From Candidatus Multivoradales bacterium (GTDB taxonomy: Bacteria; Acidobacteriota; Thermoanaerobaculia; Multivoradales; J023), in assembly GCA_965248925.1 (NCBI GenBank), contig CBDFLE010000006.1:736001-800000 (forward strand): a DNA stretch of 64,000 nt, read 5' to 3'. A program made the translations under genes and the position numbers. Under the pieces are notes generated by a model. It saw nothing but the letters and a program-made list of their open reading frames with translations, was not told the DNA's origin and did not search any database. Below, in pieces: positions 48,088 to 57,600 of the stretch (position 1 is its first letter; the number at the start of each line of letters is the position of its first letter).

Positions 48088-49221
48088 TCAGCCATACAGT
48101 TCGGAGTAGGTCCGTACTTGGTCGAGAATCTCCTCTTCGCTAGCAAATCGTCGGGGGAATGCCGCGCCAACGGCAGCGGCAATATCACTCAAGTCGTGCT
48201 CACCATTCATTCGCTGCAACACCAGAGCGAGCACCTGGGCATCTGGGGAAAGACGCGGCTGGTACTCGGGGGTGCGCTTTCGCAGCCGCTGCGGCGACAG
48301 GGGCCGGCTCCAAAAGCCGCTTTGATCGAACTTCCGCCGCAGTCCTGTCTCACTCTGCAGCTGGGTCTGCCAGCGCCAAATATAGTCACCCGCGCCGGGC
48401 ACCGCTTGCAAGTCGACCCGCAGCTGGTCGCCGGGGGATAGCGCGACCGGTTCGGGGAAGGGAAAGAAACCCTGGCCGTAGAGTCGCTCCGAGCCCGGCG
48501 CCGAGCTGTAGCCCACGCCTTTGACCAGAGAAGTCTCAAACCACAACGCCAGGCCATGGGCTAGCGCGGCTTGCTCGATCCGCCATTCGAGACTGCCGGC
48601 ACAACCCTGGTGGCGTAGCTGGTAGTAGTCCAGAGTCGCCCAACAAAGCGGCTCAGTGAGGCAAGCCGAAGCGGGCAAATGTACCCGTGTCCAGCTGTTC
48701 AACGCCATCTGCCGGGCAGCGGCCAATTCGAGATCGAACGCCGAGTCGTCCCAGCCAGCGAGCAACTTCGCGAACGGCTCCGGTGCTGACACCACCGACC
48801 CCCAGAGGCGGTCTTGCGCCGGGATCAACACTCCATCCGGGCGCAGGAAACGCTCTTGCGCATCGCTAATCGTCGCCAAATGGCGGCCAAAGCAAGGTAG
48901 CGTGCCGCGCAAGTCGGACAGCACTACGTCCACCTGCTCGCTGGCTTTGAGTGCGGTGGAGAGCCCCTGGATCAGCTCGACCCGATCTGCCAAGCCATTG
49001 CGCGCCACCAGCTGCCGCGCCAACCCGATGATGTCGTTGGGCTCGACCGCAATCACTTTGGCGGCACCGAGACGCGCCGCCACCATGGCGAAGACTCCCG
49101 GACCAGTGCCGATCTCGAGAACCACCGACCCCGGCCGCACCGTTCGCCGCAATGCCTCGATATAGGCTTCCCGGCGAACTTCGTCAGTCAACATATGACC
49201 GAAGTCGCGTAAGTTGTACAT
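48088..49221 (-). CDS. PRMT-fold SAM-dependent methyltransferase (lasso cluster)
   Basis: MLTDEVRREAY, VLEIGTGPG, VIAVE, VDVVLSD, FLRPDG.LIP, AHGLALWFE. Confidence 0.85.
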   Translation of the reverse strand: MYNLRDFGHMLTDEVRREAYIEALRRTVRPGSVVLEIGTGPGVFAMVAARLGAAKVIAVEPNDIIGLARQLVARNGLADRVELIQGLSTALKASEQVDVVLSDLRGTLPCFGRHLATISDAQERFLRPDGVLIPAQDRLWGSVVSAPEPFAKLLAGWDDSAFDLELAAARQMALNSWTRVHLPASACLTEPLCWATLDYYQLRHQGCAGSLEWRIEQAALAHGLALWFETSLVKGVGYSSAPGSERLYGQGFFPFPEPVALSPGDQLRVDLQAVPGAGDYIWRWQTQLQSETGLRRKFDQSGFWSRPLSPQRLRKRTPEYQPRLSPDAQVLALVLQRMNGEHDLSDIAAAVGAAFPRRFASEEEILDQVRTYSELYG

Positions 49222-49222
49222 A

Positions 49223-49264
49223 TTCAGTGCATCTCGTTCAATGCATCTCGTTCAGTGCATTTCG
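49223..49264. repeat. 3 x 14-bp tandem repeat
   Basis: TTCAGTGCATCTCG / TTCAATGCATCTCG / TTCAGTGCATTTCG, immediately 5' of the methyltransferase ATG. Confidence 0.85.
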
Positions 49265-49282
49265 CAGGTTTCGCTCGCCATC

Positions 49283-50254
49283 TTAACGCGACTCCAAATC
49301 GCTCTCGATCGCCACCGCGGCCGCCGCCAAACGGTCGAAACCACTGGGGTAGATCAACCGACGACAGAGGACCTGCCGCACCAAGTGCGACAGTCGCAGC
49401 AAGCGCTGCCGGCCCAGGCCCACCGCTTCGACTACGTAGGGGGTAAAGGAGTGGCGCAGCAGCTCGCGTAGCGCCGCCGCCGGCCGCAAGGTTTCGATCC
49501 GCGGTAGGTCGAGATCGGCCGAGGAACGCCGGTCGACAATGTAAAGAGCGTCGAGGACCGCGGAGTCGGCCGCGAAAAGACCCAGATCGTCGGCGGAGCC
49601 CACATCGACCCGGCGCTTGTCGTGCAGGGAGTGGACACTCGGTAGATGCCGCCAGGCGCCGCAGAAATGGGCCGCTTGATCAGGCCACATGCGCATCTGA
49701 GGGTAACCGGCGTGCCCCAGGAAGCTGCCCCGCAACTCCTCCACCGCCAGGATGTCGTCGCTCATCAGGCGGTGCCCTCGGAGCAGAAGGGCTGCTGCCA
49801 AACCAGTCTTACCCCCCGCGTTGCCCGACAAGAACCCCACAACCCGGTCGCCGATCCGCACCGCCGAGGCGTGCAGGGCCAAGACCCCGCGACGCTCAAG
49901 GACATAGCTCAAGACCGCGCCGAGAAAGTGAATCTCGAGTTCCGCCACCTCCCCTTCGGGATGCGGCAGGCACTCGATGAGTTTGTCCTCGACGCGAAAG
50001 TCAGCGACCCGCGGAATGCGCATCCACTGCACCTGGCCAGCAGCGAATAGCTGGCACCAAGGCTGACCATCTCGACGCTGGTAGGGGCTCGAATAGAGTA
50101 GCTCGCCAAGGTCAGCAGAATCTGGCGCAACCCCCTTTAGGACAGTGAATTGAAGGTCAGCCCGTAGGCCCCCGCATTCCGTCAAGCGGTTGGCAAATGG
50201 GAATTCGGTTTGAACCCGCAAGCCGTAAACGCGATAGGTCGGCACAGCGATCAA
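49283..50254 (-). CDS. HPr-kinase-like lasso peptide kinase
   Basis: YRVYGL, LHASAV, Walker A-like SGNAGGKT, MSDD, YPQMRMWPD, DKR. Confidence 0.82.
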   Translation of the reverse strand: MIAVPTYRVYGLRVQTEFPFANRLTECGGLRADLQFTVLKGVAPDSADLGELLYSSPYQRRDGQPWCQLFAAGQVQWMRIPRVADFRVEDKLIECLPHPEGEVAELEIHFLGAVLSYVLERRGVLALHASAVRIGDRVVGFLSGNAGGKTGLAAALLLRGHRLMSDDILAVEELRGSFLGHAGYPQMRMWPDQAAHFCGAWRHLPSVHSLHDKRRVDVGSADDLGLFAADSAVLDALYIVDRRSSADLDLPRIETLRPAAALRELLRHSFTPYVVEAVGLGRQRLLRLSHLVRQVLCRRLIYPSGFDRLAAAAVAIESDLESR

Positions 50255-51465
50255 CCAGTAACCGGCGATTCGACCAAAAGCGCTCGCCTAAGCAGGTCGT
50301 CGACCAAGGCGCCGCAGTCATCCTCCAAGCTCTTTCGATCCACCTCGAAGTCTGCCGCCAGCTGGTCTAGAGCCACTTCGAACCGACCATGCTCCAAGAT
50401 CCCGGCCCATAGACTGGCCGCCACTCCTCGCAGCTCATAGCAGCAGCCATCTCCAGCGGCGACAATTGTGGTCTCGCTATCGGGGGACACCGCGAGGACC
50501 TTGGCGGCAGGCCGTAGGGGACCCGCGGCACATCCCGACGATCGGTGAATCCGCGGTCGGCGTCCAGCAGCCGGCCAGCAGCCGTTTTTCGAACAAAACC
50601 GTGGCGGCGCCATCCGCCAAGCGTTCTCAGTCACTTTCCGTACCGAGTTCCACAGCTGACGCTCGGGTTCGTTCCAGGGAAAGCAAAAAGGCACCGGGCT
50701 GCCCAGCCAATAACGCCCCGCGCTATCTCGCGCCTGCCAATGTTGATGCCAGGCCAGGGCCTCACCACCGAGGTCGACCAGCGGCAGATCTCGCGCCGCC
50801 AGGCAAGCGGCAACCCGCGGCTCCGCCTCCCGGCAGGCAGTCCGGAAGTCGGGGTGGGATACCAGATGGGCAAAGATCACCTGCGGTGCCGCCAGAGTGG
50901 CCAGGAAACTGTTGAAACAAGCGCCACTGATCGCGCAATCGTCGACCACCACGCAGGGGCCTTCACCGTCGAGCTCTGAGGCCGCCACCAATTGATCAGC
51001 CCGCAATCCCAGAGCACTGGCCAACAAACCGGTCACCACCAGACCGCCACGGGGTACGGCAACAAATCTGGCCCGCGCCAGCTGATCGCCGAGACGAATT
51101 CTGAGCTGCTCGGCAAGACGTTGGCAGTCGTTCAGAACGTCCGCGAAATCGAAGTAGAGAAAGTGCCGGCAAGCCGAGTCCAATTGCCCGGCTTGAGCTT
51201 CGATACCAGCTAGCGCGGCCCTATCAAAGCGGCCAAATGCAGCGATTCTCGGCGTTGGAGTCAGCTTGGCGGCCCAGTGGGTTGCCGGCAACAACGCCCA
51301 CTCGGGACTGTGGGCAATCGCCTCTAACAGACCATCCAAAGCAGCCGCCGGCGCGCCTAGGCCCAAGGTACCACCGTAGGCGGTCAACGCCTCAGCCGAT
51401 AGCTCCAGGGCAACACAGGTCCAACCGGCCGATGAAGCCGGTGAAGCGGTACCAGACTGGATCAT
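50251..51465 (-). CDS. type I phosphoribosyltransferase fused to C-terminal PqqD/RRE domain
   Basis: VAVPRGG, PRPP loop VVVDDCAISG, FPWNE. C-terminal YELRGVAASLW...LAADFEVDRKSLEDD...LVDDL.RRALL matches the RRE pattern. Confidence 0.8.
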   Translation of the reverse strand: MIQSGTASPASSAGWTCVALELSAEALTAYGGTLGLGAPAAALDGLLEAIAHSPEWALLPATHWAAKLTPTPRIAAFGRFDRAALAGIEAQAGQLDSACRHFLYFDFADVLNDCQRLAEQLRIRLGDQLARARFVAVPRGGLVVTGLLASALGLRADQLVAASELDGEGPCVVVDDCAISGACFNSFLATLAAPQVIFAHLVSHPDFRTACREAEPRVAACLAARDLPLVDLGGEALAWHQHWQARDSAGRYWLGSPVPFCFPWNEPERQLWNSVRKVTENAWRMAPPRFCSKNGCWPAAGRRPRIHRSSGCAAGPLRPAAKVLAVSPDSETTIVAAGDGCCYELRGVAASLWAGILEHGRFEVALDQLAADFEVDRKSLEDDCGALVDDLLRRALLVESPVTG

Positions 51466-51497
51466 CTCGGTACTCGATCCGGCGCCACGACGCGGAC

Positions 51498-51665
51498 TCA
51501 AACTCCCATCGTACCGCCGAGCGGGAAGTCCTCGATGCCACCCATCGGCCCCTGGGTGATCTCGGTGATCGCGCCCCACTCGACGAGTTCTGGCGCGCGA
51601 TATTGGCGCTTCTTGCGTACCGATTCTCCACCATCTAGGCGCTTCGGTGTTTTCTCACAAGTCAT
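51498..51665 (-). CDS. lasso peptide precursor (55 aa)
   Basis: AAGGAG RBS. Leader YRAPELVEWG...T(-2)Q. Core GPMGGIEDFPLGGTMGV with G1 and E7/D8. Confidence 0.9.
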   Translation of the reverse strand: MTCEKTPKRLDGGESVRKKRQYRAPELVEWGAITEITQGPMGGIEDFPLGGTMGV

Positions 51666-51683
51666 CGGACTCTCCTTCAATTG

Positions 51684-53651
51684 TCAAGCCGCCTCAGCAC
51701 TGCCAGAGGAGTTCTCACTCGCGACTGGCGCAAGTCCACTCCTCAGCCGGCGAGGCTCAGCTGTTTGTCCAGTCAAGAGCGAATCGTAGTGGCTGCGCAG
51801 CCACAGCTCGAAGAGGATCGGGTTGACCACCGCCCGCAGGGCCGCCGAAGGCCATTGTTTGCGGTACTGCTCGTAGGATACCCGCAGCCGCGCGCCGTCG
51901 ATGTAGCCCAGCTCCTCCGCCAAGGGGGCCTGCAGCAGGCTGCGAACCTGCATGGCCTCCATATCGCGCAGGCCTAGATCGACGAACCTGCCGAGCCGGG
52001 TCTTGTGAGCACGCTGGCGAACGCTCTCCGGTAGATAGCCAAGCATGGCGTTGCGCAACAGAGGTTTGGTCGCGGCCACGGAAATCAACTCGCGAGACGG
52101 AATCGAGAGCACGAACTCGACCAAGCGCCGATCCAGATAGGGATGGCGAACATCGAGCGGTTGCCGCCGCGGCCGTCGTTCATACCACTGAGTGGCGTAG
52201 GGGTGAGCGCCAAATCCGACCGCAGTGTCGTAAACGTCTTGCCGCCCGTGCTCGAGAAATCGCAGCCCACTAGGCGTTCCTTCGAGACGCTGCTCGAGGT
52301 TGGTGCGGCGAGCAAAATCAGGAGCTATCCAGGCTGGTAGCGAGCCGCCGTCGGAGCGACCGGCCAGCCGCCGCAGGAAACGATCTAGAGTTGGCGGCAG
52401 CAAAGGCCGCAGCATCCAGCCGTAGAACGCTCGCGACAGCGGCAGTTTCACCCGCCGGGCATGTTGAGCCAGCTCCCGGCCAGCCGACCCATCGCGTCGC
52501 CGCAAGCGATCGGCGTAGACTCGCGGACTACCACAGAGCAACTCATCACCACCATGGCCGGTCAGGAGGATATCGATACCCCGCTCGCGGAGACGATCGG
52601 TCAGCTCCTCGTAGCATCCTTCCCAAACCGGCAAGAAAGGACTCTCGAGGCTGGGCGAGAAGGCACTGTCACCAGCCGCCAAGTACCAACGTCGCTCAGC
52701 CTGAATCTCGACACTCTGCAGACCAAGATCACTGGTCATGGTACGGATGTAGGGACTCTCATCACAATCGAGCCGTGTGCCGAAAACGAACGAGCCAGCA
52801 ACTAACCCTGGGCTGCCGTCAACTCCCACCACCCGCCGAGCAACGGCCGCCACTGAGCAGGAATCCAGCCCACCACTCATGGCGATTCCGACTTGCCCGG
52901 CTGAGCCCACCAAGCGAGCGGCCACTGACTGTTCCAGCAGGCTGGCGAAATGTTCGGCGTACTCCTCGCTCTTCTGGTAGGTGACGCGATGCTCGGGATC
53001 GATATCCCAATAGCGCTCAACCCGCACCCCTTCGTGGCTGGCGATCAGGCGATGTCCCGGGGGAAGGGCGCGGACCTGGCGAAAGAAGGTGCGGTCTTTG
53101 GCCGGCATGTGGCCGCAGAGGAAGTCCGCCACCGCAAGATCATCAAGGTCATTCGAGACCGCCGGATGGCTGAGCAGCTGCTGCGCCTCGGAAGCGAAAC
53201 AAATCAGCGGCCCGAGATGGGTGAAACAAAGCCCGCGGACCCCAAGCTGATCCCGAGCCGCGAAGAGCCGCTGCTGCTCTCCATCCCAAATAGCAAAAAC
53301 AAAATCGCCCAGCAACACCTCGACACAGTCGATACCCCAGCGGCGATAGGCCGCCAGAATGAGTTCGGCATGGGTTGCCTCTCTCCCACCGAGTTCTTCC
53401 GCGAGTGCCCGGCAAAGTTCTTCGCCATTGTCGATTCGCGCATCGGCCACCAGATGCAGGTCACCACGCCGCAACGGCTTGAGAGGCTGCTGGTGGCCTG
53501 AAGTTGCACTGATCGCGAAACCTCCGCGCTCGAAAGAGCAGTAGCCGATTCCACCCACCGAGCGGTTGGGGACGGACTCGGCCATCACCTGCAAGTAGTC
53601 ATCACCCTCGGGCAGACCAGCAAAGTCCACCAGACCAGCCAGCGCTCCCAT
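51684..53651 (-). CDS. lasso peptide cyclase (asparagine synthetase-like, C protein)
   Basis: No Cys1 (MGALAG), DARIDN, ARDQLG, SGGLDS, TGHGGDE, RHPYLD. TGATG overlap with B2. Confidence 0.92.
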   Translation of the reverse strand: MGALAGLVDFAGLPEGDDYLQVMAESVPNRSVGGIGYCSFERGGFAISATSGHQQPLKPLRRGDLHLVADARIDNGEELCRALAEELGGREATHAELILAAYRRWGIDCVEVLLGDFVFAIWDGEQQRLFAARDQLGVRGLCFTHLGPLICFASEAQQLLSHPAVSNDLDDLAVADFLCGHMPAKDRTFFRQVRALPPGHRLIASHEGVRVERYWDIDPEHRVTYQKSEEYAEHFASLLEQSVAARLVGSAGQVGIAMSGGLDSCSVAAVARRVVGVDGSPGLVAGSFVFGTRLDCDESPYIRTMTSDLGLQSVEIQAERRWYLAAGDSAFSPSLESPFLPVWEGCYEELTDRLRERGIDILLTGHGGDELLCGSPRVYADRLRRRDGSAGRELAQHARRVKLPLSRAFYGWMLRPLLPPTLDRFLRRLAGRSDGGSLPAWIAPDFARRTNLEQRLEGTPSGLRFLEHGRQDVYDTAVGFGAHPYATQWYERRPRRQPLDVRHPYLDRRLVEFVLSIPSRELISVAATKPLLRNAMLGYLPESVRQRAHKTRLGRFVDLGLRDMEAMQVRSLLQAPLAEELGYIDGARLRVSYEQYRKQWPSAALRAVVNPILFELWLRSHYDSLLTGQTAEPRRLRSGLAPVASENSSGSAEAA

Positions 53652-54088
53652 CAGGCATTCGCCTCCCGAACGGCGGCATTCTCCAGCGGCGGATAATCTC
53701 GCTCGACAGTGCCAGACTCGGCAACGGGCCGACCTTCGACCTCCACCCAGGCGTGCGCCTCGAGCTGCTGTCCAACGGTGCGAGCGCCGATCCGCAACAC
53801 CGAGTCGACACCACGGCGAGCCAACAAGTAGCGCAGAGTCACCGAGCGTTCCAGACAACGCGCCGGCAGTAGATGATGCCGGCTGGCGACGCCCACGGCC
53901 CAAGCTGTCAGGGGGATAGGTGCCGCGGGGCCTATCCCCGAGGCGCCGCGCACCACGGGCTCCAGTCGCGCCAGCGAAACACCGCAACGCAATGCCACGC
54001 TAAACACTCCCAAGCCAATCCATGCCGAAGCGAGAGACCGCAGCTCGCGACGACCGAGCGAGGAAAGTTTGTAGAGATTAGTCAGCAT
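53651..54088 (-). CDS. lasso peptide leader peptidase B2
   Basis: CLERS catalytic Cys, LRIG, AHAWVE. Confidence 0.93.
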   Translation of the reverse strand: MLTNLYKLSSLGRRELRSLASAWIGLGVFSVALRCGVSLARLEPVVRGASGIGPAAPIPLTAWAVGVASRHHLLPARCLERSVTLRYLLARRGVDSVLRIGARTVGQQLEAHAWVEVEGRPVAESGTVERDYPPLENAAVREANA

Positions 54089-54458
54089 CGAGGGTCACCA
54101 GGCTCTGGCCCGCGAGTCGGTCGACAAAAATCATCAAATCGTGCTTCAAGCGTTCAGGTTCGACCTCGAACTCATCGAGTAAACTTCTATAGGTTGCTTC
54201 TAGCTCTCCGTTATCCGCCAACAACTGCCACATCCTGGTGCCAACATCGTCGAGCCCGAAATAACGGCCGGTCTCGAGCTGCAAGAGCACCGCCTCACCT
54301 CCCAGGTCACGGAAGAGCACTTGCTCGGAAATCCTCACGCAACCCGCCAGTTTGCCTGACAACCCTGCCGCGGAAGACCCGCTTTCTGAATATGCAAAAC
54401 CCACACCAGACCCCCGTCTGAGATTTTCCGCCCGTATCGCGGATCCTCCGCCCTTCAC
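54078..54458 (-). CDS. lasso peptide RRE / PqqD (B1); start uncertain
   Basis: GEAVLLQLETGRYFGLDDVGTRMWQLL...EFEV...DL..F...L. Confidence 0.92.
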   Translation of the reverse strand: MKGGGSAIRAENLRRGSGVGFAYSESGSSAAGLSGKLAGCVRISEQVLFRDLGGEAVLLQLETGRYFGLDDVGTRMWQLLADNGELEATYRSLLDEFEVEPERLKHDLMIFVDRLAGQSLVTLDAD

Positions 54459-54559
54459 AACATACTATTACTTGGATTCTGATAGATAGCTTACCACTTA
54501 CCCAGAGATCTCTACCACGGCAAATCTCCCCTGCCGGAAGTCCTTCCCCTGCCGACCAA

Positions 54560-54603
54560 CGAAAGAAAGCCCACCCAGCCGAGATGGCAGAGCGGGCTTT
54601 CTT
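54560..54603 (-). terminator. intrinsic terminator after the giant surface-protein gene
   Basis: AAGAAAGCCC/GGGCTTTCTT inverted repeat ending in a U-rich run on the minus strand. Confidence 0.65.
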
Positions 54604-54661
54604 GGCTATTCAAGAGAGTCAGTTTCTACTTCGCTCTCCGCAACAGAGATCATCGACTGGC

Positions 54662-57600
54662 TTACGGAATAACCAGCCAAACGTCGTAGTTGCCGCTACC
54701 GTCGTAGGACTTCACCAACCAAGCGTAGTAGCCCTCGGCACCGTTGTAGGTCACGGTCTCGTTCGAGCTGTAGCTGGTCCCCGAGGCGACCACTTGCCAG
54801 CTGGAGCCATTCCAGCGATGCAGGTAGAGGTCTAAGTCCGCCGAACCCGGGCCTTCGAGCACTCCTTGATGACTGCCGGCGACCGAGTAGTAGTAGTTGC
54901 CGTCCGGCTGCCAATGGTACTCGCCAGTGCTACCCAGGTAGCCAGCGTAGTGATCGCCGGTGTGGCCATCGCCACCACCGCCACCACTACCGGTGTCGTC
55001 ACAGCTCCACAGCACCTTCACCCACCGCAGGCAGAAGGCCTCATTGGAGCCGCCGTAGTTGTTCGACACCCGGAAGCGCACCTGAGTGTTGGCCGAGATA
55101 TGCCCGCTGATGTCGAGAGTGTGGATCTCGGTCACCGAGCCGGAGATGCCGGTGATGACCTCCAAGACTGTCCACGTAGCTCCACCGTTGTCCGACACCT
55201 CGACGGTGACCGCGTCGTCAGAATCGACCCCGGCGAAGGTGTCGAACTTGAACTCCAAAGTCGCGACCAGAGCGCCCGAAAGGTCGACCTCACGGGCCGC
55301 CGATGGCTCGGTGCCGGTATCCGGGGCATCCTTGAGGAACATGAAGCCGTTGTCGACCCAGACGTTGCCGGTCGCCGGACCAGAACCCGCGACATCGTTC
55401 TCGATCCACGGACCGGTCCAGTCATTGCCACCGATGTTGCCGCTGAAGTCGTTCGAATCGAACGAATCCTTGACATCACCCGGTTCGCAATCACCCGACG
55501 GCGGCTCGGAGCCACCGTCGCCCGGGCAGACCACCAAGGAGGAGATTGCCCCTGAGCCGGTCAGCTTCACCTTCAGTGTGCTCACCCCGTTGGTGCCCAG
55601 CACCAGCTTCTGCACGCTATTGTTGCCCAGGGTCTGCGCCGCCGCGCCACCGATCAGGCCACCATCCGCGTCGAAAGCCTCGAGGGTGCAGTTGGTTTGC
55701 TCATCGATATCCACCAGGCTCACCGACTCGATCAGCACCGGGTCGTCGAAGGTGAAGATGAACTCACCGCCCGAGGCGTTGTCGTCTGGATCGCTACCAT
55801 CGTTGCCATCCTCAGACAGGATCAGCAGGTTACCTAGGCCAATGGCGTTCTCCCCCGCCTGGCCAGCCTCGCCACCGGCGCCGATACCCGGACCACCGAA
55901 GGTTTGGTTGGGAGTGCCGAGATCGAAGTCGCCTCCAGTCGGGTCCGAAGAATCGAAGATCATCGCCGGCGTCGAAGCGTTGTCAGTGGTGACGTGGATG
56001 CCCATTGCGGCGAGCTCGTCGTCGATCACCTGCCCCGCGGAGAACTGCGCGAAGTCAATGGTCAGGCACTCGGCGGATTCGCAATCGACAATATCGATGT
56101 TGATGTCACCATCACCCGAAGAAGGCAACGAGGCCCCCGTCGGCTGGCTGCTAACAATGTAATCGAGCCAACCGGAGCCACCAAAGCGAGCGTTCTTGCC
56201 GTTGGCACCTTCGCCTACCTGGAAGGCTACGCCGCGACGCTCGATATGCACAATCGCTCCAGCCAAATCACCGGTGCCGGTGAGGGTGCCAACGAAATCG
56301 GTGTAGAACACCCAAGTCGAGGGATCGACTGGACCACCGTTGGCGACGTAGGCTGCCGAGTCGAGTTCCAGCTTCGGACTACCCGCCGGTGCCACCGAGG
56401 TTAGACCGTTGAAGAGAACATCGACGACGAAGCCAGCGCTCGGATTCGACGCCGAGCGTACTGTGCCGCTCAACCTCGCCGTGCGCATGCCATCGTCGAA
56501 CATCCAGCTACCCTGATCGGGCTCGAAGACGAAGTCGGTGCCGATCCCGGGCAGCGAAATGGCGTGGCCATTGCTGGAACCAAACTCGTCAGCCACCGCC
56601 CCCTCGGCACAGATCTCGGTCGGATCGACCGGGCCCTGATCCTCGGGGCAGAGCGGACCGCCCTGTTTGCTGGCTCCGGCGAGCACCTCGAAATCACCGC
56701 TGATCAGCCCCGGGAAAATGGGCTCCGAGCAACTGGTATGGATCGAGGTGTGTAGCACGCCGTCAACGAAGATCCTTATCTCGGTGCCAACCGTACCGGA
56801 GAAGCCCGGCGTACCTGATCCAGGACCGGTGATCTCGAAAGTGCCACCCGGTTGGACGGTACCTACGAATAGGTCGTCATCGTCAGGACCGCGCTTGCCC
56901 TCGACTCGGATCTCGGCAGAAGCCGAGCCGTTGTACTGGAAGGTCAAGCGGCTGACCTTACCCGAGCAGGGTCCACACACCGCATATCCAAAATCGACAT
57001 CGGTGCGATCCTCACCCGTGCCCAGCACCAAGCTGGCCGAGTTGATCGTCGTCAAGCCGTCGAGGTCGAAGGTCGGCTCATAACCCGCAGGCAAAGTCGA
57101 AGCATCGACCTGCGCTGTGTAGGCACCGCCCAACAAACCGCCGAAGGTGTAGCCGCCATCACCCGAAGTGGTGGCCGTGGCAATGACCACTCCGCCGCCG
57201 TCAAGCACGTTAACGGTGACACCGTTCAAGCCGACTTCACCGGCATCCTGCACACCGTCATTGTCGACGTCGTCCCACACTCGATCACCGATGGAACCCA
57301 ACTGGACATAGCCAAAATCGACATCGTCACGGTCTTGCGACACAGCCAAGGTGACGGTAGCGATGTTGGCGCTACCGAGGCCGTCGAGATCGAAGGTCTG
57401 AGTGTGATCCGCCGGCAGGGTCGAAGCATCGACCTCCACCATGTAGGTACCGGTAAGTAGGTCGCCGAAAGAGTAGCCGCCATCACCGGCGGTGACCGTC
57501 GAGGTGATCAACGCGCCACCCGAGTCGCGCAGGTTGACGGTGACACCGTTCAAACCCGGTTCAACGAGATCCTGCACCCCGTTGCCATTGGTGTCGAACC

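Noticed and set aside
50251-51579. Extended track starts (PRTase 51579, cyclase 53987, istB 31912, ligase 48188, SdrD protein 60517)
   Set aside because: The extensions overlap neighbouring genes or precede the signal peptide. Downstream starts fit gene coupling or domain boundaries better.
51684-53651. Ordinary asparagine synthetase AsnB
   Set aside because: It lacks the N-terminal catalytic Cys and sits between B2 and a lasso precursor.
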